Source: Eledone cirrhosa (taxonomy: Eukaryota). From it: 64,000 nucleotides of DNA. Below the pieces are notes generated by a model, which had not been told where the DNA came from, did not search any database, and was given only the letters and a program-made list of their open reading frames with translations. This document shows, one piece after another, positions 38,601 to 49,368 of this stretch (within the stretch, counting starts at the first letter, position 1; the number at the start of each line of letters is the position of its first letter). The stretch spans positions 17,856,001 to 17,920,000 of the forward strand of contig OZ024761.1 in assembly GCA_964016885.1 (NCBI GenBank). Reading direction: 5' to 3'. A program made the position numbers and the translations under genes.

Positions 38601-41600
38601 AACAACACCAGCCATAACAATTACAGCAACCATAACAATAGCAGCAACAGCAGCAACCGCAATGACAATAACAACAGTAACCACAACAACAACAGCAACT
38701 ACAACAACAACAACAACAACAACAACACCAGCCACAACAACAACACCAGCCATAACAATAGCAGCAGCAACAGCAACGACAACAACAACAGTAACCACAA
38801 CAACAACAACAACAACAGCAGCAGCCATAACAATAACAGCAGCAGCAGTAACAATGACAACAACAACAGTAACAACAACAACAGCAACTACAACAAGTGG
38901 AGTTAAAGAGTGACAGAAGAAGCTACATACCAACAATATGTGTTTCATAAGATAATAGCATATCTCTGGAGGTAGATAGGAGCCAGCAGATACAAAGTCC
39001 AGCGCCATGGACAGTCCTTCATGAATAGCATACTCCTCTTGTAAGCAACAATTGATCATTTCTACAAAGGACCGGTGCATAACCATTGGAGGTACTGTCT
39101 CTGTGATCTGGCCAAACAAATAAGAAAAAAAAAACATTTAACCCTTTAGAGCATTTACATTGCTGTGGATTGGCAGTATCAGTAGAGGGTCGGACGCCAT
39201 TCTTTGACGCAAAAGAGTTATGTCCCTTTACGATCTGAGTTCAAATCCCGCCGAGGTTAACTTTGCCTTTCATCCTTACGGGGTCGATAAAATAAAGTAC
39301 CAGTAATGCACTGGGTAATTGCTGGCCTTGTGCCTAAAGTAGAAACAATTATTAAAATGAGACTATTAATAATTGTTTCTACTTTTGGCACAAGGCCAGC
39401 AATTACCCAGTGGATTACTGGTACTTTATTTTATCGACCCCGTAGGGATGAAAGGCAAAGTTAACCTCGGCGGGATTTGAACTCAGACCGTAAAGGGACG
39501 TAACAACAATAATAATAGGAGTGAAGTAGCAATCGATGTAACTAGATTAGTTGTGCCAAAAGTAGAAACAATTATATTTTTATGGTAAAAAACTTTATCT
39601 CACGTAATATGGAATCTACGAGATTTTGATGATGTTACTATTTATTGGGCAGTGGATTGGCAGTATCGGGAGAGCGTCAGAAACCATCCTTTGCAGCATA
39701 GAGTTATGGCCCTTTGTGTTCTGAATTCAAATCCCGCCGAGGTTAGCTTTGCATTTCATCCTTACGAGGTCGATAAATTAAAGTACCAGTAATGCACTGG
39801 GGTAATTGCTGGCCTTGTGTCAACAGTAGAAACAATCATTTATTTTGAGAACAATACCTTAATGTCAGTATGAGTGGCCGGTTATGGCCAGTTTGAAAGA
39901 AAAAGGTGAGAGAATTCTGGCTGAATATGGCCGGTTTAAATGCTAAAGGGTTAAACAAAATGTGTCTACATTTGTGTTTGTGTCTGAAGGAGAGAAGACT
40001 GCGTTGGTATGGACAATGATTGGTGGGTGAAGAAATGCCAGGAAATCCCAGTGGAAGGAAGCTGCAGTAGAGGTAGACCAAGTAAGACCTGAACACAAAT
40101 CGCTAAGACTCACGAAGGAGATAACGAAGGAATGTGATGAGTGGAAAGATGCTGTGTTGAGAAGGACCCGTCCAACAGATACAGGTGTGGAAAAACAGAC
40201 ATAAAGACAACAATGATGATTATGATGTCTGCGTTTATGTCCTGTAACTTAGCAGTGGAACAAAAATGATTTCGATAAAGCAAGTAACAAGATTTGACAA
40301 AATAAACACTTGGGTCAATATGATTGACAAAAAACCCCCCCCAAAATCAAACAAAAAAAAACAAGGTGCTGCTCTAGTATGACCCCAGTCTAATCACTGA
40401 AACCAGTATAACAAAATATAAAAAGGAATATTAAAAATATAAAATAAAAGAATAAGCTAGTATAGTTAATATGAAACTAGGCTTGGCCTGGCCCAAGTGA
40501 GACCGGCAAATAGAAACACATAGAGTGGGACGCTAAGGCAGGACCCACCCATACTTGGGGATTGTGTCCTGTATAATCAAAAACTGGATGATGACGATGT
40601 AAGATATGTTATAAATGGCTGATAAGTATTTCAGAAAGCCGGTACAATGCAGTAGAAATATATTGGGTAAAGGATGACAAATAAAACGAAACCAAGAAGT
40701 GTTTTTCTTATCCAGTATATTTCAACCCTCTTTTCAAAGGTAAAAATGAAACTGGTGCAAAACAAAATGAACAATCAATGAGTTCTTCCTAACTAATGAC
40801 ATATCCAGTTCCACCATGACCACCACCAATAAACAATGCAACAACAATTTACAAACATGACTTTACATTCTGTATAACAACAATAATTTCTAGGCTGGTA
40901 GCCACACATTTTGAGGGTAAGGTCCATGTTATGTTATGCCATGGGCAAGAAACTCTTGCTGGAGTTATAAGAGGTGCCATAGTTATATATAATTGCTTCT
41001 ACAATAGGCACAAGGCCAGCAATTATCCCAGTGTATTACTGGTACTTTATTTTGTCGACCCCCATTAGGATGAAAGGCAAAGTTAACCTCGACGGGATTT
41101 GAACTCAGAATGGCAAGGGCCGTAACTCTATGCGTCGAAGCATGGCGTCCGACCCTCTACCGATACTGCCAATTCACCGCCCTATAGTTCTATATAATAT
41201 GCCTTGGGCATATGTTTCTATGTAACAATGAGGAGCAACAGCCAGCTGTGACACACAGGAGCAACAGGCAGCTGTGACACCCAGGAGCAACAGGCAGCTA
41301 AGACACCAAGGTGTCAAATAGCCACCTGTGACACAAAGGAGTAACAGCTATCTATGACATGAAGGTGTCAAATAGCTAGCTATGACACCAAGGTGTAAAA
41401 AATCCAACTGACACCTAAATGTGATAACTATCTCTAACACACCAGAACCAAAACACAAAAATAACATCTAAAATAAATGTAAAACTTTACTTACTTTAGG
41501 TTGTTGTTGTTGTTGTTGTTGTTCGTTAACACAACCTCCTCCTCCTCCTCCTTTAGATCTGTACAGAGCTTGCCAACTGTTGGATTGTTGAGATAACTGT

Positions 41601-41634
41601 GGGAGCAGAACAGAACAGAACATAGACTTGAGGG

Positions 41635-41683
<49 letters not shown>

Positions 41684-41835
41684 TGTATGTATGTATGTAT
41701 GTATGTATATATCCTATTTGCAACAGCACAGCTCACCAATTTTTCATTCATATATATATACATACATACATACATACATACATGCATAGGACACGTGTAT
41801 GTATATATACTTTAAAAAATTAACAAAGAAAGGAC

Positions 41836-41903
<68 letters not shown>

Positions 41904-44900
41904 CTTAAGAAGGTACAAGCTGAAGCATATAGACAATATGCCCCCACTCCCCCCACCGCAAGGTGGTCGTGGAGGTGCCACGGCAAAAAAGCACCCAGCC
42001 CACACTGTAAAGTGGACGTGTAGGCGCCACGAAAAAGCACCCAGCACTCACTGTAAATGAGGTTGGTGTTAGGAAGGGCATCCAGCTATAGAAATCAAGC
42101 CAGAATCAGTTCCTGTATGAGCAAGGCATGGTCAGCCGACCAGACACTGCCCACAACAGGACAACCCGTCTAACCCATGCTAGCGTGGAAGAACGGACGT
42201 AAAACGGTGATGATGATGATGATGATGATGACATTTATAAATGTAGATAGATAGATATACACACACACACACATAAATATAGATAGATATACACATATAT
42301 ACACACACATATATAAACACACACATATATAAATGTAGATAGATAGATATACACATACACACATATATCAATACATGTGGACTACACCACATGTGGTACC
42401 TACTTACAGCTAGGCGGACTGGACTGTTCACAGTTGTTTTGGTCATTGACATTGCCATGACCCCTCCATCTGATTACACAATGTGCACTCAGCCATTCCA
42501 CACTCCCTCTCCAACACTCTACTGACTGTGACATACTCTCTCTCTCTCTCTCTCTCTCCTGACTGTGTCACACACGCCCTACCCAACACTCTACCAATTA
42601 TGCCACTCTCTTCCCCCAACACTACCAACTGTGCCACACACACACTCCCTCCTCAACACTACCAACTGTGCCACACACACTCCCCAACACTACCAACTGT
42701 GCCACACACACTCCCCAACACTACCAACTGTGCCACACACACTCCCCAACACTACCAACTGTGCCACACACACTCCCCAACACTACCAACTGTGTCACAC
42801 ACACTCCCCAACACTACCAACTGTGCCACACTCCCTCCCCAACACTACCAACTGTGTCACACACACTCCCCAACACTACCAACTGTGCCACACACACAAG
42901 AAATAACAGCTCAAACCTACCCGTAGGTACTTCTGACTTGCCAGCGCTGATTCAACAGTAAAATTGAGAGGTACTTTACGTTTCAATGCCACACTGATCT
43001 TCCGCTTCAGTCCTTTACATTGTTTATAGTTGGAAATATCCGGCAGAGTGTCCTACAAAATACACAGCAAGTTATTGATGGGAATAGAGCCCCAGTGATG
43101 TATGTTGTGAAGACAAATGGAGTGAGATGGCTGGGTCATGTGTTGAGGAAGGAAGAAAGTGACTGGGTGAGAGGATTGATGGGAATAGAGCCCCAGTGAT
43201 GTATGTTGTGAAGACAAATGGAGTGAGATGGCTGGGTCATGTGTTGAGGAAGGAAGAAAGTGACTGGGTGAGAGGATTGATGGAAACAGAGCCCCAGTGA
43301 TGTATGTTGTGAAGACAAATGGAGTGAGATGGTTGGGTCATGTGTTGAGGAAGAAAGAAAGTGACTGGGTGAGATGATTGATGGAAATAGAGCCCCAGTG
43401 ATGTATGTTGTGAAGACAAATGGAGTGAGATGGCTGGGTCATGTGTTGAGGAAGGAAGAAAGTGACTGGGTGAGAGGATTGATGGGAATAGAGCCCCAGT
43501 GATGTATGTTGTGAAGACAAATGGAGTGAGATGGTTGGGTCATGTGTTGAGGAAGAAAGAAAGTGACTGGGTGAGATGATTGATGGGAATAGAGCCCCAG
43601 TGATGTATGTTGTGAAGACAAATGGAGTGAGATGGCTGGGTCATGTGTTGAGGAAGAAAGAAAGTGACTGGGTGAGAGGAGTACATGGTGTGGCGGTGTG
43701 TATAATATTATGGTGTGTAAAACTATGTTTACAGTATGTATAATATTATGGTATGTCCAGTACATGGTGTGGTGTGTATATTATGTGTGGTGTATATAAT
43801 ATATGTGATATTTATAAGTATGTTTGCAGTGTATATAATGTCATGGTATGTGCAGCACCTGGTGTGGTACATAAAACAATTAAAGGTGTGGTACTTACAT
43901 CAATGAGGTAGTCCCTAATATAAGTGACATGCAAACACTTAATGTTCGTCTTCTGTAGGGGTTTCACGTGATCCCAGTGTCGAGAGTCAACAAACACATA
44001 ATTTACTCGGTCAGTTACATCACCAATGCTCTTAATTGGTAGCTTTATCACATATAACACACCACCGCCATACGACAGTATCCTGAAATACAGCATTCAA
44101 ATATTCAGCAACATCTAACAACTGTTTATATAAATACTGAGGGCTAAATAACAACAATAACACAAACAACAAACAATAACTGCAACATAACCAACTGTAC
44201 TAATAACAATTAACACCAACAACAACAACACCAACAACAACACCACCACCAACAACACCGCCACCCACAACACCAGTACCACCAACAACAACAACAACAA
44301 CACCAACACCAACAACACCACCAACACCAACAACAATGCCACCTACAACCACTACCACCAATAACAACACCACCAACACCAACAACGCCACCAACACCAA
44401 CAACACCACCAACACCAACACCACCACCAACAACAATGCCACCCACAACACCACTACCACCAACACCAACAACGCCAACGCCACCACCAACAACACCACC
44501 AACAACAAGAACAACATTAACACCAACAACACCACCAACACCAACAACGCCACCACCAACAACGCCACCACCAACAACGCCACCACCAACAAGAACAACA
44601 TTAACACCAACAACACCACCAACACCAACAACGCCACCACCAACAAGAACAACATTAACACCAACAACACCACCATCAACAACATTAACACCGACACCAC
44701 CACCAAGTGCAAAACAAACCTACCTTTGATATATAATTCTCCTTCGATTACTCCTGACAAGGACGGCCACCTTCCAGTTGTCAAAAGCAAGCCCTTTGTT
44801 CTTTTGAATCAACTTGCGCCACCGAGAGGGAGCTCCACACATGTGCATCTGACTGGAGTCCCTAGGCTCAGCTTGGTGAGGTCCCCATTCATAATTGTAC

Positions 44901-47617
44901 TCTTGAACCCACATTCCATTTTTGGCACTGTCGTAGATGAAGTCGGGAGTAAGTATCCATACCCCTAAAAATATAGAAACCGAATGATACTGTTATAGAA
45001 TGATCAAATAAGGTTTATTTCTCAATATAGTCCCTGGAAAGAACCAATGCAGTTATTAATAAGAGTTGAAAGCAACCTTTTAGTATTTGAACTGGCCATA
45101 TCCAGCCAGCATTCTGTTCAAACCAGCTGTAATTGGCCGCTCATACTGATATTAAGATATTGTTCTCAAAATAAATACTATCAAAATCTCATAGATTCGA
45201 CATTATGTATGATAAAGCCTTTACCATGAAAATATAATAGTAAATATAAAGTAATCTAAATGCTAAAGGGTTAATACATGCAAGATTTCACAACTTAAGC
45301 ATCACTCCTTCATAGTCACCCTATGAATTTTTCAGCCAACCCTCGTATTAGTAAAGCCTGTAATGTGGTAGTGGTAGTGCTGGTACCACTTGGTAATGTG
45401 GTTGGTATTAGGAAGGGCATCCAACCACAGAAATCATGCTAAAAAGCAGAACATTAACCCTTTAGCATTTAAACCAGCCATATCCAGCCAGAATTCTCTC
45501 ACCTCTTTCTGTTCAAACCGGTCGTAACTTGCTACTCATACTGATGTTAAGGTATTGTTCTCATAATAAATAATATAAAAATCTCAGACTCAATATTATG
45601 TGAGATACAGCCTTTACCACAAAAATACAATAGTATATAGAGGGTAATGTCAATGCTAAAGGGTTAAGCTATGCATAACTTATTTCCTTTAACCCATGGC
45701 AGCATTAAAAAATGCAACAAGACAGATCAAATTGGATCGGATTGATCTCTGTATGAATACATAGATAGACAATGGATATATAAATATATAAATAAAAAGA
45801 TATATAGACACAATAATAGATAGACAGGTAAGTAAATAGATAGATCAATAAGATAGATATATAAAGATATAGATAGAGAGATATATAGACATACAGACGA
45901 CAGAATGATAGATAAATAGATAGACAGATAGAGAAATAGATATATTTCTTTATTAGCCACAAGGGCACACAAGAAATGGGGACAATACAAAGACATGCCG
46001 GGGATTTTACATACAGTCGTGTAAAAAATATAAAAACAAACAATTACAACAATCGAAATCTCCAATAGGGGGGAGGCGCCACAAATGGGTTGTTTAATAC
46101 CCCGTCGATAGAACAACCCTCAACTCCAGGAGCGTGTTGTGCAAGTGCTCCTTTCTTCCTTTTGCTCTCTTCTTCAACCTAAAGGCTTATAAACAGAGAA
46201 GGCCCAATCACTCGGGCCATTTTCGCTTCATTCACCCACCTTTCAGTAAATTTACTGGGGTGCAGTGCCTCTCTCTCCACCAGAAATAGATAGACAGACA
46301 AATAGATAAATAAAATAGTTGGAATGAAGACTTACCTCGTGCACAGCCAATGAGAAATTCCTCACTACATGACAGTCTTTTACACACCAAATGTGTACAT
46401 TTACGGTTGAACACCTGGTAGAAGAGAGACTCAGGTAAGAAATTTTGGAAGGAAAAATACATTGATGATGGCGGTGGTAGTGGTGGCATTATTTTTGATA
46501 TCAGCAGGTTGGTGAACTGGCAGTATCGGTAGAGTGTTGGACACCATGCTTTGCAGCATAGAGTTATGTCCCGTTACAATCTGAGTTCAAATCCTGGCGA
46601 AGTTAGCCTTGCCTTTCATCCTTACGGGGTCAGTAAAATACAGCACCAATAATGCACTGGAATCGATTTAATCGACTTTCCCTTCCCCCAAAATTGCTGG
46701 CCTTGTGCCTATAGTAGAAATCATTTTTGTTATCAGTATATCAGTATTATGACGGCCACAAGCACCACCACCACCACCACCACCATCATCATAAAATGAT
46801 GATGATCATCATCACGGCAAAGAAAGTAGAAAGCCGTAACAAATAGCTGGAGACATTATAAACAGGTGTTCTCATGTTACTGCTAACTTGTCACCTTCAA
46901 TCAGAGTATATGTAATAAAAACCACAAAATAAGGTAACCCCCACACAGACTAACCTGTTATTTCAGTTATTTCACAAACTTTCTCATAAAAAATGTGCTT
47001 AAGACAGCATTTTTCATGCCTGAACGAACACGAGTCATGAAGAAGTAGGACAAATAAAAGTTACATAGGTTATTGCCCAAACAGAACCTGCACCCACGTA
47101 TTCAGAGTAAATATTTTGACAACTTTCACCAACTTCAAATTGTAAATACAGTTTGGGTTTTCTGCCCATTTCTCAGACATAAAATAGTGGGGGTCAGCTT
47201 ATATTCAAGTATCTACCTACAGTTGATTGACAAGATCCCAGACCTCGTCAAATCGGACTGATGAAACAATGTTTCCATTGGTCTTTCTAATTGCTAATAC
47301 TATCTACCAGTCACAAATCCAAGCAATAGGAGCAACGTGAAATAAAGTGCCTTGCGCAAGGACACAACACATCATCCGGTCCGGGAATCGAACTCACAAC
47401 ATCACGATTGCGAATCCAATTCTCTAACTACTCAGCCATGCGGCTTCACATATTCAGGTATATACAGTAAAAAAAGACCCCCAAAGGTTAAAGCAGCTTC
47501 ACTTACCTCCATCACTAAGCATTCTCCTTTTAGTTGCTTCACAAGAGATGCCAGTCGGGCAGTCTCAGACTCAGAGAAGTTGGACAAAAGTATCACCGGG
47601 AAGTTCATTCTAATCAT
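15520..47617 (-). CDS. SLF1: SMC5-SMC6 complex localization factor 1 (SLF1/ANKRD32/BRCTx), 19 coding exons, 2949 nt, ~982 aa
   Basis: Spliced exons all GT-AG with consistent phases. N-terminal tandem BRCT (CTHLVCKRLSCSEEFLIGCARGVWILTPDFIYDSAKNGMW...YEWG...APSRWRK...AFDNWKVAVLV) and C-terminal ankyrin repeats (NKRNHKGETKLHIAC...[22 protein letters not shown]...TPLHDAV...GPKLLQ) match the recalled human SLF1 sequence and architecture. Confidence 0.9.
16576..16922 (+). mobile_element. tRNA-derived SINE family B (representative)
   Basis: A/B-box head TGGCTTAGTGG...GAGTTCAATTC; CCTTGAGCAAGACACTT core; GTTAGGAAGGGCATCCAGCTGTAGAAA body; (ATG)n tail. Other copies ~13570-13880, 32636-32958, 41960-42232, 47320-47450, 51570-51770, 60395-60545. 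Confidence 0.8.
16937..17071 (+). ncRNA. degenerate type I hammerhead ribozyme with long stem II (homologue of 32375-32506)
   Basis: GTGTTT-GTGAGGA-[GGA..CGATTGAA...TTCAATCG..TCC]-AAAATGATCGTA-AAACAAT; two core substitutions. Confidence 0.5.
17723..17835. repeat. perfect 48-bp inverted repeat containing the 3' half of a hammerhead
   Basis: Arms 17723-17770 / 17788-17835; GAAAC-GGCT-TGAGCTC-AGCT-GTC; the upstream 80 bp recurs at 35652-35740. Confidence 0.85.
17884..18048 (-). CDS. SLF1: SLF1 exon 18
   Basis: GPKLLQLKTSDGCTPLDLA...; AG/GTAAGT; phase 1-1. Confidence 0.85.
18368..18546. mobile_element. mariner-like MITE
   Basis: TA-flanked TIRs TGAGGG..AAAAGTTCATAGGCTGAC / GTCAGCCTACGAACTTTT..CCCTCG; related pieces at 12675-12998, 18135-18240 and 45295-45347. 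Confidence 0.7.
19267..19392 (-). CDS. SLF1: SLF1 exon 17 (ankyrin)
   Basis: VDVCATAEDLITPLHDAVLNESIACAQLLLKYK; AG/GTAAGT; phase 1-1. Confidence 0.88.
19486..25715. repeat. 6.2-kb intronic satellite, 29-bp monomer GCTTCTATATATTATACAGTAATATATAT with 26-27-bp variants
   Basis: Period of 29 measured directly; higher-order duplications at offsets 704 and 2159 bp (identical ORFs in the track). Confidence 0.97.
26111..26659 (+). mobile_element. non-autonomous Helitron
   Basis: A|TCTAACTATAATAAAG 5' end; 3' hairpin CTAGCAGAAAACCACC-AGA-GGGGTGGTTTTTCTGCTAG|T; no TSD; second copy at 49369-50105 (-). Confidence 0.72.
26688..26822 (-). CDS. SLF1: SLF1 exon 16 (ankyrin)
   Basis: [31 protein letters not shown]; phase 1-1. 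Confidence 0.92.
27827..27898 (-). CDS. SLF1: SLF1 exon 15 (ankyrin)
   Basis: GETKLHIACMKNDVDQVRDLLTLPG; phase 1-1. Confidence 0.9.
28199..28350 (-). CDS. SLF1: SLF1 exon 14
   Basis: ...RNVNKRNHK; TTGCAG/GTCAGT; phase 2-1. Confidence 0.85.
29399..29457 (-). CDS. SLF1: SLF1 exon 13
   Basis: VKKYLSVLCK...; TACAG/GTAAGT; phase 0-2 bridges exons 12 and 14. Confidence 0.78.
30255..30540 (-). mobile_element. CR1-type LINE 3' end fragment
   Basis: Reverse complement of the 3' end of the 9122 and 33657 copies. Confidence 0.85.
31322..31482 (-). CDS. SLF1: SLF1 exon 12
   Basis: GCQDDLKKFDQVLNAISLPWLALSIS...; phase 1-0. Confidence 0.83.
31961..32120 (-). CDS. SLF1: SLF1 exon 11
   Basis: KEVLSLVLSLILMVAE...; TTCAG/GTAAGT; phase 0-1. 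Confidence 0.83.
32375..32506 (-). ncRNA. type I hammerhead ribozyme with ~100-nt stem II
   Basis: ATTGTTT-CTGAAGA-[long hairpin]-GAAA-T-GGTT-GTA-AAACAAT; 7-bp stem I; lies within inverted-repeat element 32321-32589. Confidence 0.62.
33448..33610 (-). CDS. SLF1: SLF1 exon 10
   Basis: ...CLIRSIIWGSSYGLIVNK...; phase 2-0. Confidence 0.85.
33657..34997 (+). mobile_element. 5'-truncated CR1-type LINE with open RT C-terminal half
   Basis: 349-aa ORF with GVPQGSVLGPLLF, KYADDIKLY and ERDLG; duplicated 3' UTR segment; (ATT)n tail; antisense to SLF1, 46 bp from the exon-10 acceptor. Confidence 0.92.
36116..36232 (-). CDS. SLF1: SLF1 exon 9
   Basis: SSLQL...LLLLKYLDTIFQQDF; phase 2-2. Confidence 0.82.
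36260..37780. repeat. (GGT)n/GTAGTGTTGATGT low-complexity minisatellite
   Basis: Direct inspection. Confidence 0.95.
37817..37986 (-). CDS. SLF1: SLF1 exon 8
   Basis: RNPSS...LSLFPPS...EWEFIKEII; phase 0-2. Confidence 0.85.
38139..38895. repeat. (AAC/AGC/AAT)n trinucleotide tract
   Basis: Direct inspection; source of the poly-N/T/V ORFs. Confidence 0.95.
38931..39107 (-). CDS. SLF1: SLF1 exon 7
   Basis: ITETVPP...YLPPEICYYLMKHILL; phase 0-0. Confidence 0.87.
39975..40222 (+). mobile_element. degenerate RTE-type LINE 3' fragment
   Basis: RRLRWYG-like motif; (ATG)n-type tail. Confidence 0.5.
41495..41596 (-). CDS. SLF1: SLF1 exon 6 (low-complexity linker)
   Basis: Pyrimidine tract + CACAG acceptor, GTAAGT donor, 102 nt, phase 0-0; LSQQSNSWQALYRSKGGGGGGCVNEQQQQQQQPK; no homology support. 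Confidence 0.6.
42580..42897. repeat. 31-bp minisatellite (TCCCCAACACTACCAACTGTGCCACACACAC), ~10 copies
   Basis: Period measured directly. Confidence 0.93.
42921..43052 (-). CDS. SLF1: SLF1 exon 5
   Basis: DTLPDISNYKQCKGLKRK...; TTTGTAG/GTAGGT; phase 0-0. Confidence 0.72.
43075..43680 (+). repeat. 101-bp minisatellite x6 derived from an RTE-LINE fragment
   Basis: ORFs repeat at 101-bp offsets; the unit translates VRWLGHVLRKEESDWV. Confidence 0.9.
43899..44082 (-). CDS. SLF1: SLF1 exon 4 (BRCT2)
   Basis: RILSYGGG...NYVFVD...YIRDYLID; phase 2-0. Confidence 0.88.
44205..44705. repeat. (ACC/AAC)n tract
   Basis: Direct inspection. Confidence 0.93.
44724..44964 (-). CDS. SLF1: SLF1 exon 3 (BRCT1/2)
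   Basis: GVWILTPDFIYDSAKNGMWVQEYNYEWG...APSRWRK...AFDNWKVAVLV; phase 1-2. Confidence 0.93.
46336..46414 (-). CDS. SLF1: SLF1 exon 2 (BRCT1)
   Basis: VFNRKCTHLVCKRLSCSEEFLIGCARG; phase 0-1. Confidence 0.92.
47507..47617 (-). CDS. SLF1: SLF1 first coding exon
   Basis: MIRMNFPVILLSNFSESETARLASLVKQLKGECLVME; ATG directly after a CAG acceptor, so an upstream UTR exon is implied; GTAAGT donor. Confidence 0.85.
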
Positions 47618-47729
47618 CTGGAAGAATTGGAATCAGAACTAAGATTAGTGATGGTCTTGGCTGACATATTGACTCAATCATTACATAACAAATAATAGAC
47701 TTTCAAGGCAACTTCAACCCCTACAATAG

Positions 47730-48035
47730 TTACTAACATTTCTACTACTACTACTGCTATTGTTACTAACAGTTCTACTACTATCGTTGCTACTACTACA
47801 ACCACCAGTTATTATTACTATTGTTACTACTACTACTGTTAGCACTACTATTGTTACTACAATTACAATTATCACAATAGTAATGTTACTACTACTACTA
47901 ATACTGTTAACACTACTATTGTTACCACTATTATTATTACTACTACTATTGTTACCACTACCATTGTTATGACTATTATTATTACCACTACCATTGTTAC
48001 TACTATTACTACAACTACTGTCAATATTATTATTA
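47730..48035. repeat. (CTA/TTA)n tract
   Basis: Direct inspection. Confidence 0.9.
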
Positions 48036-49368
48036 AGGTTGGACAAGGGCGGTGGATTGGCAGTATTGGTAGAGGGTTGGATGCCATGCCTTGACATAGA
48101 GTTATGGCCCTTGCCATTCTGAGTTCAAAACCCGCCGAGGTTAACTTTGCCTTTCATCCTTACGGGGTCGATAAAATAAAGTACCAGTAATGCACTGGGT
48201 AATTGCTGGCCTTGTGCCAAACGTAGAAACAATTATTATTAAGGTTGGTGGATTGTGAGAATCGGTAGAGTGACTAAAAGGAATGTATCCAACTGTAAAA
48301 CATTGGCTGAAAAGATGCTGTGCAATCCATGTCAGTATGAAAAAGTAGACGTAAAAAAAAAGGATGATGATTATATATCATCATCCTCATCCCTGTTTTA
48401 ACCCTTTAGCATTTAAACCGGCCATAATTCTCTCATCTCTTTCTATTCAAACTGGCTGTAACTGGCCACTCATACTGATGTTAAGGTATTGTTCTCAAAA
48501 TGAATAATATCAAGATCTTATGGATTCGATATTATGTGAAATAATTATGTGAAATAAAGGGTTTACCATAAATATACAATAGTATATATAGAGTAATGAA
48601 AAGGGTTAACATCTATTTTTCTATGGTAGCATGGGTTAGACAAGTTGTCCCATTGTGAAACAAGCCAGATCAGGTGCCTGTGAATTACTCCTACATACAG
48701 AACTGATTTTGGCTTGGTGTCTTCAGCTGGATGCCCTTATCGGCAACCACATTTACAGAATGGACTGGGTGCTTTTTATTGCGACACCTATATGACCACT
48801 TTATAGTGTGGACTATGCGCTTTTTATTGGGACACCTACACGACCACTTTACAGCATGGTCTGGGCGCTTTTTTGTCATGAAACCCAACGACTACTTAAC
48901 AGCATGGTATGGGCGTTTTTTGTCATGACACTTACACAACCACTTTAGAGTGTGGGCTGGATGCTTTTATATATATATGTGTGTATGTGTGTGTGTATGA
49001 TGTATGTACGTGACCTGATCCATTAATTAATGCCCTTGTAATTAATTAGTTCTCTCTAGTGCAGTTCCCTTGTAACAGTTTACAATAATACTGCTGTGCC
49101 AGTCAACAAAGGATTAGGGTGATGCATCAGCTTGTGTCAAAGACATGACAACCTCTCTAATGTTGGTACCATGATAAAATGTACTTGGTAGTGGATGGGA
49201 ATGTTTTATAAGCGAGACACCAGCCCCTGGCTTATCTGAGCACTTAGTAGAGTGCATGAACACAAGATTTCGGCCGTGGGTCCTTCTGAGAAGTAACTAG
49301 CTTGCTTGAGTACTGGTCTGTGATGGCCTGTCTAACCATTGCTAGTGAATGTTAAATAATTATATATA

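Noticed and set aside
38043-39137. 260-350 aa poly-N/T/V ORFs (and 44200-44968)
   Set aside because: Trinucleotide tracts; only the embedded SLF1 exons are supported
40700-40980. Unique-looking intronic sequence as possible exon
   Set aside because: Candidate acceptors lead to stops and no fitting donor was found
47258-47270. CTGATGAAAC hammerhead-like motif (also ~53605)
   Set aside because: No stem II or stem I; chance occurrence
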